Shown: in pieces, positions 1-7,026 of the stretch
Numbering within the stretch: the stretch's first letter is position 1
How the letters are laid out: the number at the start of each line of letters is the position of its first letter
Assembly (NCBI GenBank): GCA_045599485.1
Contig: JAZRWA010000022.1
Span: 1 to 14,092 of the forward strand
Source: Clostridia bacterium
Lineage (GTDB): Bacteria > Bacillota > Clostridia > Christensenellales > Aristaeellaceae
Direction of reading: 5' to 3'
DNA: 14,092 nt
The notes under the pieces: generated by a model
What the model was told of the DNA's origin: nothing
Database searches by the model: none
What the model saw: only the letters and a program-made list of their open reading frames with translations
Program-made: the position numbers and the translations under genes

Positions 1-1
1 G

Positions 2-352
2 CGTCTGCTCAGGCGTGTGGTGCGTGACTATCTGACCCGCGGCGCCAGCCCCGAAAGGACGCTTTCCATGTGGAAGAGCGTACGCGCCGGCGAGGAGAAA
101 TGGATCTTCCCCTATCAGGAGCAGGCGGATGTGATCTTCAATACCGCTCTGCACTATGAACTGCCCGTGATGCGGCTGTACGCCTATGAGCTGCTGGAGA
201 AGATCACGCCCGATTTCAGTGAGTATTATCTGGCACGGGAGCTGGTGCGCATGCTCAATTATTTCCTGCCCATGCCCAGGGAAGCGCTGGAGGAGATCCC
301 GCCGCTTTCCATCCTGCGTGAGTTCATCGGCGGGAATACGTTTTACGAGTGA
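2..352 (+). CDS. Uridine/nucleoside kinase family protein, C-terminal fragment (5' end outside window)
   Basis: The frame is open from the window edge (RLLRRVVRDYLTRGASPERTLSMWKSVRAGEEKWIFPYQEQADVIFNTAL...ILREFIGGNTFYE). From memory this resembles the conserved C-terminal part of long uridine-kinase-like proteins of Clostridia. TGA stop at 350-352, followed by a hairpin terminator. Confidence 0.75.
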   Translation, partial: RLLRRVVRDYLTRGASPERTLSMWKSVRAGEEKWIFPYQEQADVIFNTALHYELPVMRLYAYELLEKITPDFSEYYLARELVRMLNYFLPMPREALEEIPPLSILREFIGGNTFYE

Positions 353-398
353 GAGGATGCACCTGAGAAAAGGAAGATTTTAACAGGACAAAACAAAA

Positions 399-447
399 CC
401 CTTGTCTGGAGGAAGTTCAACTTCCATCAGCACAAGGGTGTTTTATG
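399..447 (+). terminator. Rho-independent terminator candidate of the kinase-like gene
   Basis: Imperfect hairpin CCCTTGT (399-405) / ACAAGGG (432-438) with inner GGAAGT/ACTTCC pairing, followed by TGTTTTAT. It starts about 47 nt after the TGA. Confidence 0.6.
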
Positions 448-479
448 ATATAGATTGCCCTTTCTCGGAAGGGGTCAAA

Positions 480-524
480 GGGGGAACCATGCTTTCCGGC
501 TTGGGAAAGCGTGGTTCCCCCTTT
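480..524. terminator. Long perfect-ish hairpin between convergent genes (likely terminator of the minus-strand methyltransferase gene, possibly bidirectional)
   Basis: 18-bp stem GGGGGAACCATGCTTTCC (480-497) / GGAAAGCGTGGTTCCCCC (504-521) with one G-U pair and a 6-nt loop. A TTT run follows it on both strands. It lies about 15 nt downstream of the minus-strand TAA at 536-538. Confidence 0.6.
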
Positions 525-535
525 ATATACTCTCC

Positions 536-1339
536 TTACCGCCGTCCCAGCTGCCAGAAGGCCACAGCGCCGGCGGCAGCCACGTTCAGCGAATCCACCC
601 CGTGCGCCATGGGAATCAGCACGGTGTAATCACAGCCGCGGATGGTTTCCTCGCGCAGTCCGTTGCCTTCCGCCCCCAGCACCAGCGCCAGACGCTCCTA
701 TGCCATCAGCCGCGCGTCGTCCACGGCAATGGAACGCTTCGTCAGTGCCAATGCCGCCGAGGCAAAACCCAATGTCTTCAGCTCTCCCGCCACATCGTTG
801 GAGGGCAGGTACGCCCAAGGTACCTGAAAGACCGTGCCCATGCTGACACGTACGGCACGCCGGTGCAGCGGGTCACAGCAGGAGGGGCTCAGCAGCACCG
901 CCTCCATGCCCAGCGCGGCGGCGGAGCGGATCAGGGCGCCGATGTTGGTAGCGTCCGTCACGGCTTCCAGCACGGCGACGCGGCGCGCGCCCCGGCATGC
1001 CTCTCCGGCGGTGCGTTCGGGCGGCCGCTTCATCAGACAGCGGATGCAGCGGTCCGGCATGCAGCCGAGGATGTCGCCCAGCAGCGCATCGGGTCCGGTA
1101 TATACCGGTACGCTGTCATCACAGCGGGCCAAAGCCTCTGCCGCCTGCCCCGTGATGTGCTTTTTTTCCATCATAAAGGCCACGGGGGTGAGCCCCGCGT
1201 CCAGCGCGTGCAGCACCACTTTGCCGCTTTCCGCCATGAAAAGCGCTTCCCGGGGGCGCTGCAGGCTGCGCAGCTGCGCGTCGGTGCGCCGGAAGGGCTC
1301 CAGCTCCGGGGCGTTCGCATCCTTTACTTCAATGATCAT
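536..1339 (-). CDS. TrmH/SpoU family RNA 2'-O-methyltransferase, 267 codons if the in-frame TAG at complement(698..700) is decoded
   Basis: The track ORF 698..1339(-) ends ...SIAVDDARLMA at a TAG. The same frame continues ERLALVLGAEGNGLREETIRGCDYTVLIPMAHGVDSLNVAAAGAVAFWQLGRR to a TAA at 536-538. SpoU motif 1 (LEAVTDATNIGALIRSAAALG) is upstream of the TAG; motifs 2 and 3 (LVLGAEGNGL, IPM..GVDSLNVAAAGAVAFW) are downstream. GGAGG RBS at complement(1345..1349), 5 nt before the ATG. Confidence 0.85.
698..700 (-). other. In-frame TAG codon inside the TrmH-family gene (candidate sense/recoded UAG)
   Basis: Minus-strand reading ...CTG ATG GCA TAG GAG CGT CTG GCG CTG GTG CTG GGG GCG GAA GGC AAC... 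= L M A * E R L A L V L G A E G N. There is no frame change. Confidence 0.8.
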
Positions 1340-1368
1340 GGTGTCCTCCGCGGTGTTGTTCTGCGCCG

Positions 1369-1397
1369 ATTGTAATGCCGTGCCGCTCCGCTGTCAA
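1369..1397 (-). promoter_or_regulatory. Sigma-70/SigA-type promoter for the TrmH-family gene
   Basis: Minus strand: TTGACA (complement 1392-1397), 17-nt spacer, TACAAT (complement 1369-1374). It lies about 30 nt upstream of the ATG at 1339. Confidence 0.6.
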
Positions 1398-1415
1398 GTG
1401 CGATGCAGTTTTTGC

Positions 1416-1444
1416 TTTTATTCCGTGGGGTTTTATAGTATAAT
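1416..1444 (+). promoter_or_regulatory. Possible promoter for the PucR-type regulator gene (good -10, weak -35)
   Basis: TATAAT at 1439-1444. Only a weak -35 (TTTTAT, 1416-1421) sits at 17-nt spacing; TTGCTT at 1412-1417 would need a 21-nt spacer. Located in the divergent intergenic region. Confidence 0.35.
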
Positions 1445-1487
1445 GGATAAAATGATGTTTTTATGCCCGTGAAAGGAGAAGCAAAGC

Positions 1488-2537
1488 ATGGAGCAATCCG
1501 TTCTGGATGAGATCGGCGGCATTCTTTCCTCTTTGGACAGCCGCGTGCTGCTGCTGGATGCGTCGGGCACTTGTCTGGCCCCGTCCGCGGGGGAAAAAAT
1601 AACGCTGCCCAGGCATTTATCCTTCGGCGGCGTGGCGGAAAAAGACGGCAGGCTGTTTTTTGCTTCCGCCCGGGAGCCGCTGATCATTGCCTCCGATAAA
1701 CAGAACGGCGGCGATGTGCCGCTGATGGCGCTGCGGCTGTGCGAAAGCCTGCTGACGCGCCGGCGTACGGAGGGCGAAGGAAGCTTTTGGTACCGCCTGC
1801 TGACGGGCACACTTTCCGCCGGATAGACCGAAGCGTTGATCCGTGAGAACGGCATTGAGGACGCGCTGCGGGCGGTCATGATCCTGCAATTGCCTGCTTT
1901 GAAACATGGCACGGCGCAGGAAATGCTGGAGGCCAACCTGCCGCTGACCCCGGGACACGATGTGCTGGTGCCGCTCGACAGCCGCACGGCGGCGCTCATC
2001 AAGCCCGTTTCGGCGGGAGACAGCCCGCAGGACCTGATGGAATACGCCGAGGCGGTGCGTGAAACGCTGCTCAGCGAGGAAGGCGAAGACGCTGTGATCG
2101 CCGTAAGCGACATCATCGGCGAAGCCGCCGCGCTGCATGCCGCCTTTCAGCACGCGGGCGAAGCCATGGAAACAGGCCGTACCTTCCGCCCGGAAATGCG
2201 GGTCTACGGCTATGACGCGCTGCTGCTGGAGCGCTTTCTCAGCGATATTCCGCCCGAGACAGCGGCACGCTACCACCAACTGCTGTTCAACCGCCGCACC
2301 GCACGTGTGCTGACGGAGGAGATCCTGGACACAGTCAGCATGTTTTTTGAAAAGGACCTGAACCTGTCGGACACGGCCCGGCAGCTGTACATCCATCGCA
2401 ACACGCTGGTATACCGTCTGGATAAGATCCAGCGGCTGACCGGTCTGGATCTGAGAAAGTTTGATGATGCCGTGACCTTCCGCATGCTGCTTGAAATGAA
2501 AAAATGCGCAGAGAAGGGAAAGCACCCTACTGCCTGA
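1488..2537 (+). CDS. PucR/CdaR-family transcriptional regulator (C-terminal PucR HTH), 349 codons if the in-frame TAG at 1824..1826 is decoded
   Basis: Track ORFs 1488..1826 and 1836..2537 are in the same frame (348 nt apart). They read ...YRLLTGTLSAG * TEALIRENGIEDALRAV... The C-terminus carries the PucR-type HTH (LNLSDTARQLYIHRNTLVYRLDKIQRLTGLDLR). RBS AAAGGAGAA at 1472-1480, ATG at 1488, TGA stop at 2535-2537. Confidence 0.8.
1824..1826 (+). other. In-frame TAG codon inside the PucR-family gene (candidate sense/recoded UAG)
   Basis: GCC GGA TAG ACC GAA GCG TTG ATC CGT GAG AAC GGC = A G * T E A L I R E N G. The frame is unchanged, and the DNA-binding domain is encoded about 600 nt downstream. 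Confidence 0.75.
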
Positions 2538-2552
2538 CGGAGGAAAACAAAC

Positions 2553-3767
2553 ATGAAAAAACGGTTTTTTGCCCTGCTTTTATGCCTGGTGCTGTGCTGC
2601 TCCGCGGCTTTGGCGGACAGCGTTTTCGGCAACAACGGCGTGTTTGGCGTGGGCGGCACGGTCACCATTACCCGGGCGGAATACGAGCGCCTCAAGCAGT
2701 ATGAAAAGCTGGACGAGGTGCTGCAGTATATTGAAGCCTACTATTACAAAGAGCCCGACACCGGCGACATGATGGACATGGCCATTCAGGGCCTGCTGGC
2801 CGGCTTGAATGACCCCTATACCTTCTATTATGACGCCGAAGCCTGGGCGGACATGTGGGAGGAGGAAGAGGGCGAGTACACGGGTATCGGTCTGCAGCTG
2901 CTGGGCAGCTATCTGGACTACACCGTGACCATCACCCGTGTCTTCCGTGATACCCCCGCCGAAAAGGTGGGGCTGAGAAAGAATGACCTGCTGGTGCGTG
3001 TGGAGGACATCACCGTGACCACCGAGACCATGCAGAACGCCGTCAATGTGATGCGCGGCAAGGTGGGCGAAAGCGTGGAGGTGGAGGTGTACCGCGACGG
3101 CGAATACCTGACCTTTACGGTCGAACGCGCCGCCATCCACACCAACAATGTGGATTGGTGCATGCTGGATAACAACGTGGGCTATCTGATCCTGTACCAG
3201 TTCTCCACGGAATCGCTGCTGCAGGATTTCAAGACCGCATTGAAGGACCTGGAGGCGCAGGGCGCCAGGAGCCTGGTGCTGGATCTGCGTGACAACCCCG
3301 GCGGCTGGGTCAATGACGCCGTCGGTGTGGCGGATGTTTTCCTGGATAAAAAACTGGTGGTCTATTCCCGTACCCGTGACCAGGAACGCACCGATGAGCA
3401 GTATACCAAAGCCGGGGCGGATGATATTCCGCTGGTGGTGCTGATCAACGGCTCCTCCGCTTCGTCCAGCGAGATCTTGTCCGGCTGTCTGCAGGATTAC
3501 GGCCGCGCCGTCATCATGGGCAGCCAGAGCTTCGGCAAGGGCGTCATGCAGTATGTGATCGGCCTGTCCGATAACAAGACGGGCATGCAGTTTACCTTCT
3601 GCGAGTACTTTACCCCCAACGGCAACAGCGTGCACGGCATCGGCATTACCCCGGATATCGCGGTGGAAATGCCCGCCGATCTGAAAAACAAGCTGTTTGA
3701 GGTAGGCGACATGGCCGACCCGCAGCTGGCGGCGGCATGGGAAGAGGCCGTGCGCCTGCAGCAGTGA
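2553..3767 (+). CDS. S41 family C-terminal processing (tail-specific) protease, exported
   Basis: 404 aa. Signal peptide MKKRFFALLLCLVLCCSAALA/DS, a PDZ-like region, the S41 serine motif (LINGSSASSSEILSGCLQD) and the FGKG lysine motif. GGAGG at 2539-2543, TGA stop. Confidence 0.9.
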   Translation: MKKRFFALLLCLVLCCSAALADSVFGNNGVFGVGGTVTITRAEYERLKQYEKLDEVLQYIEAYYYKEPDTGDMMDMAIQGLLAGLNDPYTFYYDAEAWADMWEEEEGEYTGIGLQLLGSYLDYTVTITRVFRDTPAEKVGLRKNDLLVRVEDITVTTETMQNAVNVMRGKVGESVEVEVYRDGEYLTFTVERAAIHTNNVDWCMLDNNVGYLILYQFSTESLLQDFKTALKDLEAQGARSLVLDLRDNPGGWVNDAVGVADVFLDKKLVVYSRTRDQERTDEQYTKAGADDIPLVVLINGSSASSSEILSGCLQDYGRAVIMGSQSFGKGVMQYVIGLSDNKTGMQFTFCEYFTPNGNSVHGIGITPDIAVEMPADLKNKLFEVGDMADPQLAAAWEEAVRLQQ

Positions 3768-3779
3768 CGGGAGGTTCAA

Positions 3780-4742
3780 GTGAAAAAACGGATATCGACC
3801 TTTTTGCTGCTGATGCTGCTTGTGTCGCTGCTGTGCCCGGCGGTGCTGGCGGATGAGGTGATTCCCGCCCATGATAAGCACGAACGCCCCGAGATCGAGG
3901 GCATGGGGGAGGACGGTTTTCTGACACAGGCGGAGGCGGAATTTGTGCTGGCCGATGCAGAAGAAGGCCTGTGGATGTATGTCAGCGATGCCCTGCGCAT
4001 TGAAATTGACCGCTACACCGCCTCCAACCGCAAGCTGATCTGGTACACCGCGCACATATGGCAAAAGGAAGGGGACGGCATGCACACCTTCCTGGCCGAC
4101 CCGGCGCATCCCTTCGGTCTAGCGCTGCTGGTGGAGGAAATTGCCCGGCAGTATCAATTGGTGTTTGCCATCAATGGTGACTTTTTTGAGGATCGTTACC
4201 GTGAGGGCGAAAAGATCGGCTGCGTCATCAAAAACAAAGTGGTCATCAACCGCTATGCGCAGGAACTGGATAACCTGCCCACGCTGGATGTGCTGGCGCT
4301 GTTTGAGGACGGCACCATGAAATGCTTTAGGGCGCGCAGCAACAGCGCGGACAAATATCTGGCCATGGGCGTGCGCGACACCATCTGCTTCGGTCCCATT
4401 CTGGTGTCCGAGGGCAGCATCAATATGAAGCAGCTGGAGGAATACGGCCGCTCCCGCGAGCCGCGCACCGCGCTTGGCATGGTGGAAAACGGACATTATG
4501 TTGCCATCGTCTGCGAGGGACGCTCGGAGGAGAGCGACGGCCTGCGCCTGAGTGAGCTGGCCCCCCTGATGCAGGCGGAGGGCTGTGTGGAAGCGCTCAA
4601 CCTTGACGGCGGTCAGACCTCGGTCATCAGCTTTATGGGCGAAAAGCTCAATGCCACCGGTACCTTCCATAACAGCTCCAGACCGCGCCGCGTGACGGAT
4701 ATCGTGGGCATTGGCGTAAGCGATCTGGTTTCCGCCGAGTAA
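3780..4742 (+). CDS. Phosphodiester glycosidase family protein (NAGPA / DUF2233-like), exported, paralog 1
   Basis: 320 aa, GTG start 5 nt after GGGAGG (3769-3774). Signal peptide MKKRISTFLLLMLLVSLLCPAVLA/DE. Family-typical motifs: REPRTALG...GHYVAIVCEGR and EALNLDGGQTSV. TAA stop. Confidence 0.8.
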   Translation: MKKRISTFLLLMLLVSLLCPAVLADEVIPAHDKHERPEIEGMGEDGFLTQAEAEFVLADAEEGLWMYVSDALRIEIDRYTASNRKLIWYTAHIWQKEGDGMHTFLADPAHPFGLALLVEEIARQYQLVFAINGDFFEDRYREGEKIGCVIKNKVVINRYAQELDNLPTLDVLALFEDGTMKCFRARSNSADKYLAMGVRDTICFGPILVSEGSINMKQLEEYGRSREPRTALGMVENGHYVAIVCEGRSEESDGLRLSELAPLMQAEGCVEALNLDGGQTSVISFMGEKLNATGTFHNSSRPRRVTDIVGIGVSDLVSAE

Positions 4743-4766
4743 ACAACAGAGGAGAAAAACAACCAT

Positions 4767-5711
4767 ATGAAAAAAGCGCTGATGGCGCTGCTGCTTTTGC
4801 TTTCGGTGTGCGGCGGCGCGCTGGCGGATGTGCCGGTGAGAGCCAATGAGCCGTGTGCCCGCCCCGAGGTGGAAAACCTGGGGGAGGATGGCTATCTGAC
4901 CGAAACGGATGAGCTTGTGTTCATCGATGAAACGGCGGGACTGTGGTACTATGTCAGTGATGAGCTGCGCGTGGAGATCGACCGCTATACGGCCTCCGAC
5001 CGCAAGCTGATCTGGTATGTGGCGCATCTGTATCAGAAAACGCCCACTGGTCTGCGTACCGCGCTGGCAAATGAAAAAAAGCCCTACGATGACCGCATGT
5101 GGGTGTATGATCTGGCTGAGAGGGAAAAGATGGTCTTTGCCACCAACGGCGATTATTTTGCCACCCGTCTGGATGAATCCGCCGGTGTGGGCATCGTCAT
5201 CCGTCATGGACGGGTCATCAGCTCCAAGGGCAAAGCGAGCAGCAAGATCCCCACGCGGGAGATCATCGCCATGTATGAGGACGGCAGCATGAAGTGCTAT
5301 GGCGCCAACGAATACAAGGCGTCCTCTCTGGCGGAAGCCGGCGTGCGTGATACGCTGTGCTTTGGCCCCATTCTGGTACGGGATGGGCAGGTGGAGACCA
5401 AACGCCTGGACGAGATGGGCTCCTCCCGTGAGCCGCGGTGCGCTATCGGCATGGTGGAGCCCGGCCATTATGTGGCCATCCTGACGGAAGGCCGTACGGA
5501 TGACTCGATCGGCGCACGTCTTTTGACGCTGGGCGATATGATGGCGGCGGAGGGCTGTGTGGAGGCGCTGAACCTGGACGGCGGACAATCGGCTGTCATG
5601 TGCTTCATGGGCAAAAAGATCAGCTCCACCGGGCATACTTCCACCAGCACCCAGAGCCGCAAGATGACCGACATTGTCGGCATCGGCTACAGTGAACTTG
5701 TAGGACAGTGA
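4767..5711 (+). CDS. Phosphodiester glycosidase family protein (NAGPA / DUF2233-like), exported, paralog 2
   Basis: 314 aa. Signal peptide MKKALMALLLLLSVCGGALA/DV. Collinear with the upstream paralog (EIDRYTASDRKLIWYVAHLY, REPRCAIGMVEPGHYVAILTEGR, AEGCVEALNLDGGQSAV). TGA stop. Confidence 0.8.
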   Translation: MKKALMALLLLLSVCGGALADVPVRANEPCARPEVENLGEDGYLTETDELVFIDETAGLWYYVSDELRVEIDRYTASDRKLIWYVAHLYQKTPTGLRTALANEKKPYDDRMWVYDLAEREKMVFATNGDYFATRLDESAGVGIVIRHGRVISSKGKASSKIPTREIIAMYEDGSMKCYGANEYKASSLAEAGVRDTLCFGPILVRDGQVETKRLDEMGSSREPRCAIGMVEPGHYVAILTEGRTDDSIGARLLTLGDMMAAEGCVEALNLDGGQSAVMCFMGKKISSTGHTSTSTQSRKMTDIVGIGYSELVGQ

Positions 5712-5713
5712 AT

Positions 5714-6892
5714 ATGAAAAAAATGCTGATGTATGCCGTGCTGCTGCTGACGCTGCTGATGACGGCGGCGTGTGCAGAGACGGCGGCGGAGCGTACCGCC
5801 TCCTGCACATTCAAGCTGGGAAAAACGGCTTTGACACAGAAGGAACGCGGCAAGCTGCTGGACAGGGATTATTCCACCCATTATGATATCGCGAGCCGCA
5901 AAACACTGACCATCGAAAGCGAAAAGCAGCTGGGCGGCATGTACCTGCAGATCTTTGATGTGGTGCGCGCGCTGACCATGGAAGTGAAAACCAACGGCGA
6001 ATGGCAGGAGTACTGCGTCAATCCCCAGCATCTGAGCGACTGGTACGCTTTCCCGGATAAGACCACGGCAGTGCGCATTTACAACGCCGATAAGGAAAAC
6101 AAGCTCAAGCTGGCGGAAGTGACCCTGTACGGCCCCGGGGACAAGCCCGAAAAGGTACCGCAGTGGATCGATCTGGAGAAGTGCGACCTGATGCTTCTGG
6201 CGACGCATCCCGATGACGATCTGCTGTGGTTCGGCGGCCTGATGCCCACCTACGCGGGGGAAAGGGGCTACAAGGTGCAGGTGGTGTACATGGTGCCCAC
6301 CGGCGGACTGCGCAAGCTGGAAATGCTGGACGCCCTGTGGACCTGCGGCGTCACGGCTTATCCCGGCCTGCTCAATCTGCGCGACCAGCGCGGCAAAAAC
6401 CTCAGTGAGCAGTACTCCCTGTGGGGACAGAAGACCGTCACCACCAAGGTGGTGGAGGCCATCCGCCGCTATAAGCCGTAGGTGCTGGTCACGCATGGTC
6501 TGGGCGGTGAATACGGACACCCCGGTCATAAGGCCGCGGCGGATACCGTGACGCGCGCCGTCGGTTATGCCGCGGATAAAAGCAACCGCCCCGCCTCAGT
6601 GGAAAAGTACGGTGTGTGGCAGGTCAAAAAGGTCTATCTGCATGAGTACAGCAAAAATCAGATCGAGATGGACTGGCATGTGCCGTTGGAAGCCTTTGGC
6701 GGCAAGGACAGCCTGACCGTCGCGCAGGAGGCCATGCTCTGCCACGCCAGCCAGGTCAAGGGCGGCTGGATGGTGGAGGACCACGGCAAGCATGATAATA
6801 CGCTTTTCGGTCTTTACAGCACCACGGTGGGTGAGGACATCGAGAAGAATGATTTTATGGAAAATATCGTCCTGGAGAACAATACACCGTAA
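5714..6892 (+). CDS. PIG-L/LmbE family deacetylase with lipoprotein-type signal and extra N-terminal domain, 392 codons if the in-frame TAG at 6479..6481 is decoded
   Basis: Track ORFs 5708..6481 and 6482..6892 are contiguous in the same frame: ...VVEAIRRYKP * VLVTHGLGGEYGHPGHKAAA... The PIG-L motif LLATHPDDDLLWFGG is upstream of the TAG and the HP(G/D)H motif is downstream. The likely start is ATG 5714 (MKKMLMYAVLLLTLLMTAAC, lipobox-like); GTG 5708 is an alternative. TAA stop at 6890-6892. Confidence 0.8.
6479..6481 (+). other. In-frame TAG codon inside the PIG-L deacetylase gene (candidate sense/recoded UAG)
   Basis: TAT AAG CCG TAG GTG CTG GTC ACG CAT GGT = Y K P * V L V T H G. It sits inside the conserved 'R.xKP-x-VvvTH' stretch of the family. 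Confidence 0.8.
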
Positions 6893-6898
6893 CGCATG

Positions 6899-6928
6899 GA
6901 AAGGGAGTCCGGATGAGGGCTCCCTTTC
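6899..6928 (+). terminator. Stem-loop after the PIG-L gene (possible terminator or mRNA-end structure; lacks a clear U-tract)
   Basis: GAAAGGGAG (6899-6907) pairs with CTCCCTTTC (6920-6928), extendable by TCC/GGG. It starts 7 nt after the TAA. It is followed by TGACAAAC, which is not T-rich. Confidence 0.4.
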
Positions 6929-6967
6929 TGACAAACAGGATTTGAACATTTCTTGCTCGGTTGTTAT

Positions 6968-6996
6968 TTGAAATTTTTTTCGGGAGAGTATATAAT
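6968..6996 (+). promoter_or_regulatory. Sigma-70/SigA-type promoter for the glycosyltransferase gene
   Basis: TTGAAA (6968-6973), 17-nt spacer, TATAAT (6991-6996), in an AT-rich intergenic region about 30 nt upstream of the ATG at 7027. Confidence 0.55.
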
Positions 6997-7026
6997 AGAA
7001 AAAAGACCGAAAAAAGGAGGTGCACG

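Noticed and set aside
6479-6484. Split genes with termination-reinitiation (TAG immediately followed by GTG at 6482; TTG at 1836; GTG at 7375; ATG at 7747)
   Set aside because: The breaks fall inside single folded domains or between halves that need each other. No RBS precedes the putative restart codons. The TrmH gene has no restart codon before its essential motif 2. The start codons in the ORF track are simply the first in-frame NTG.
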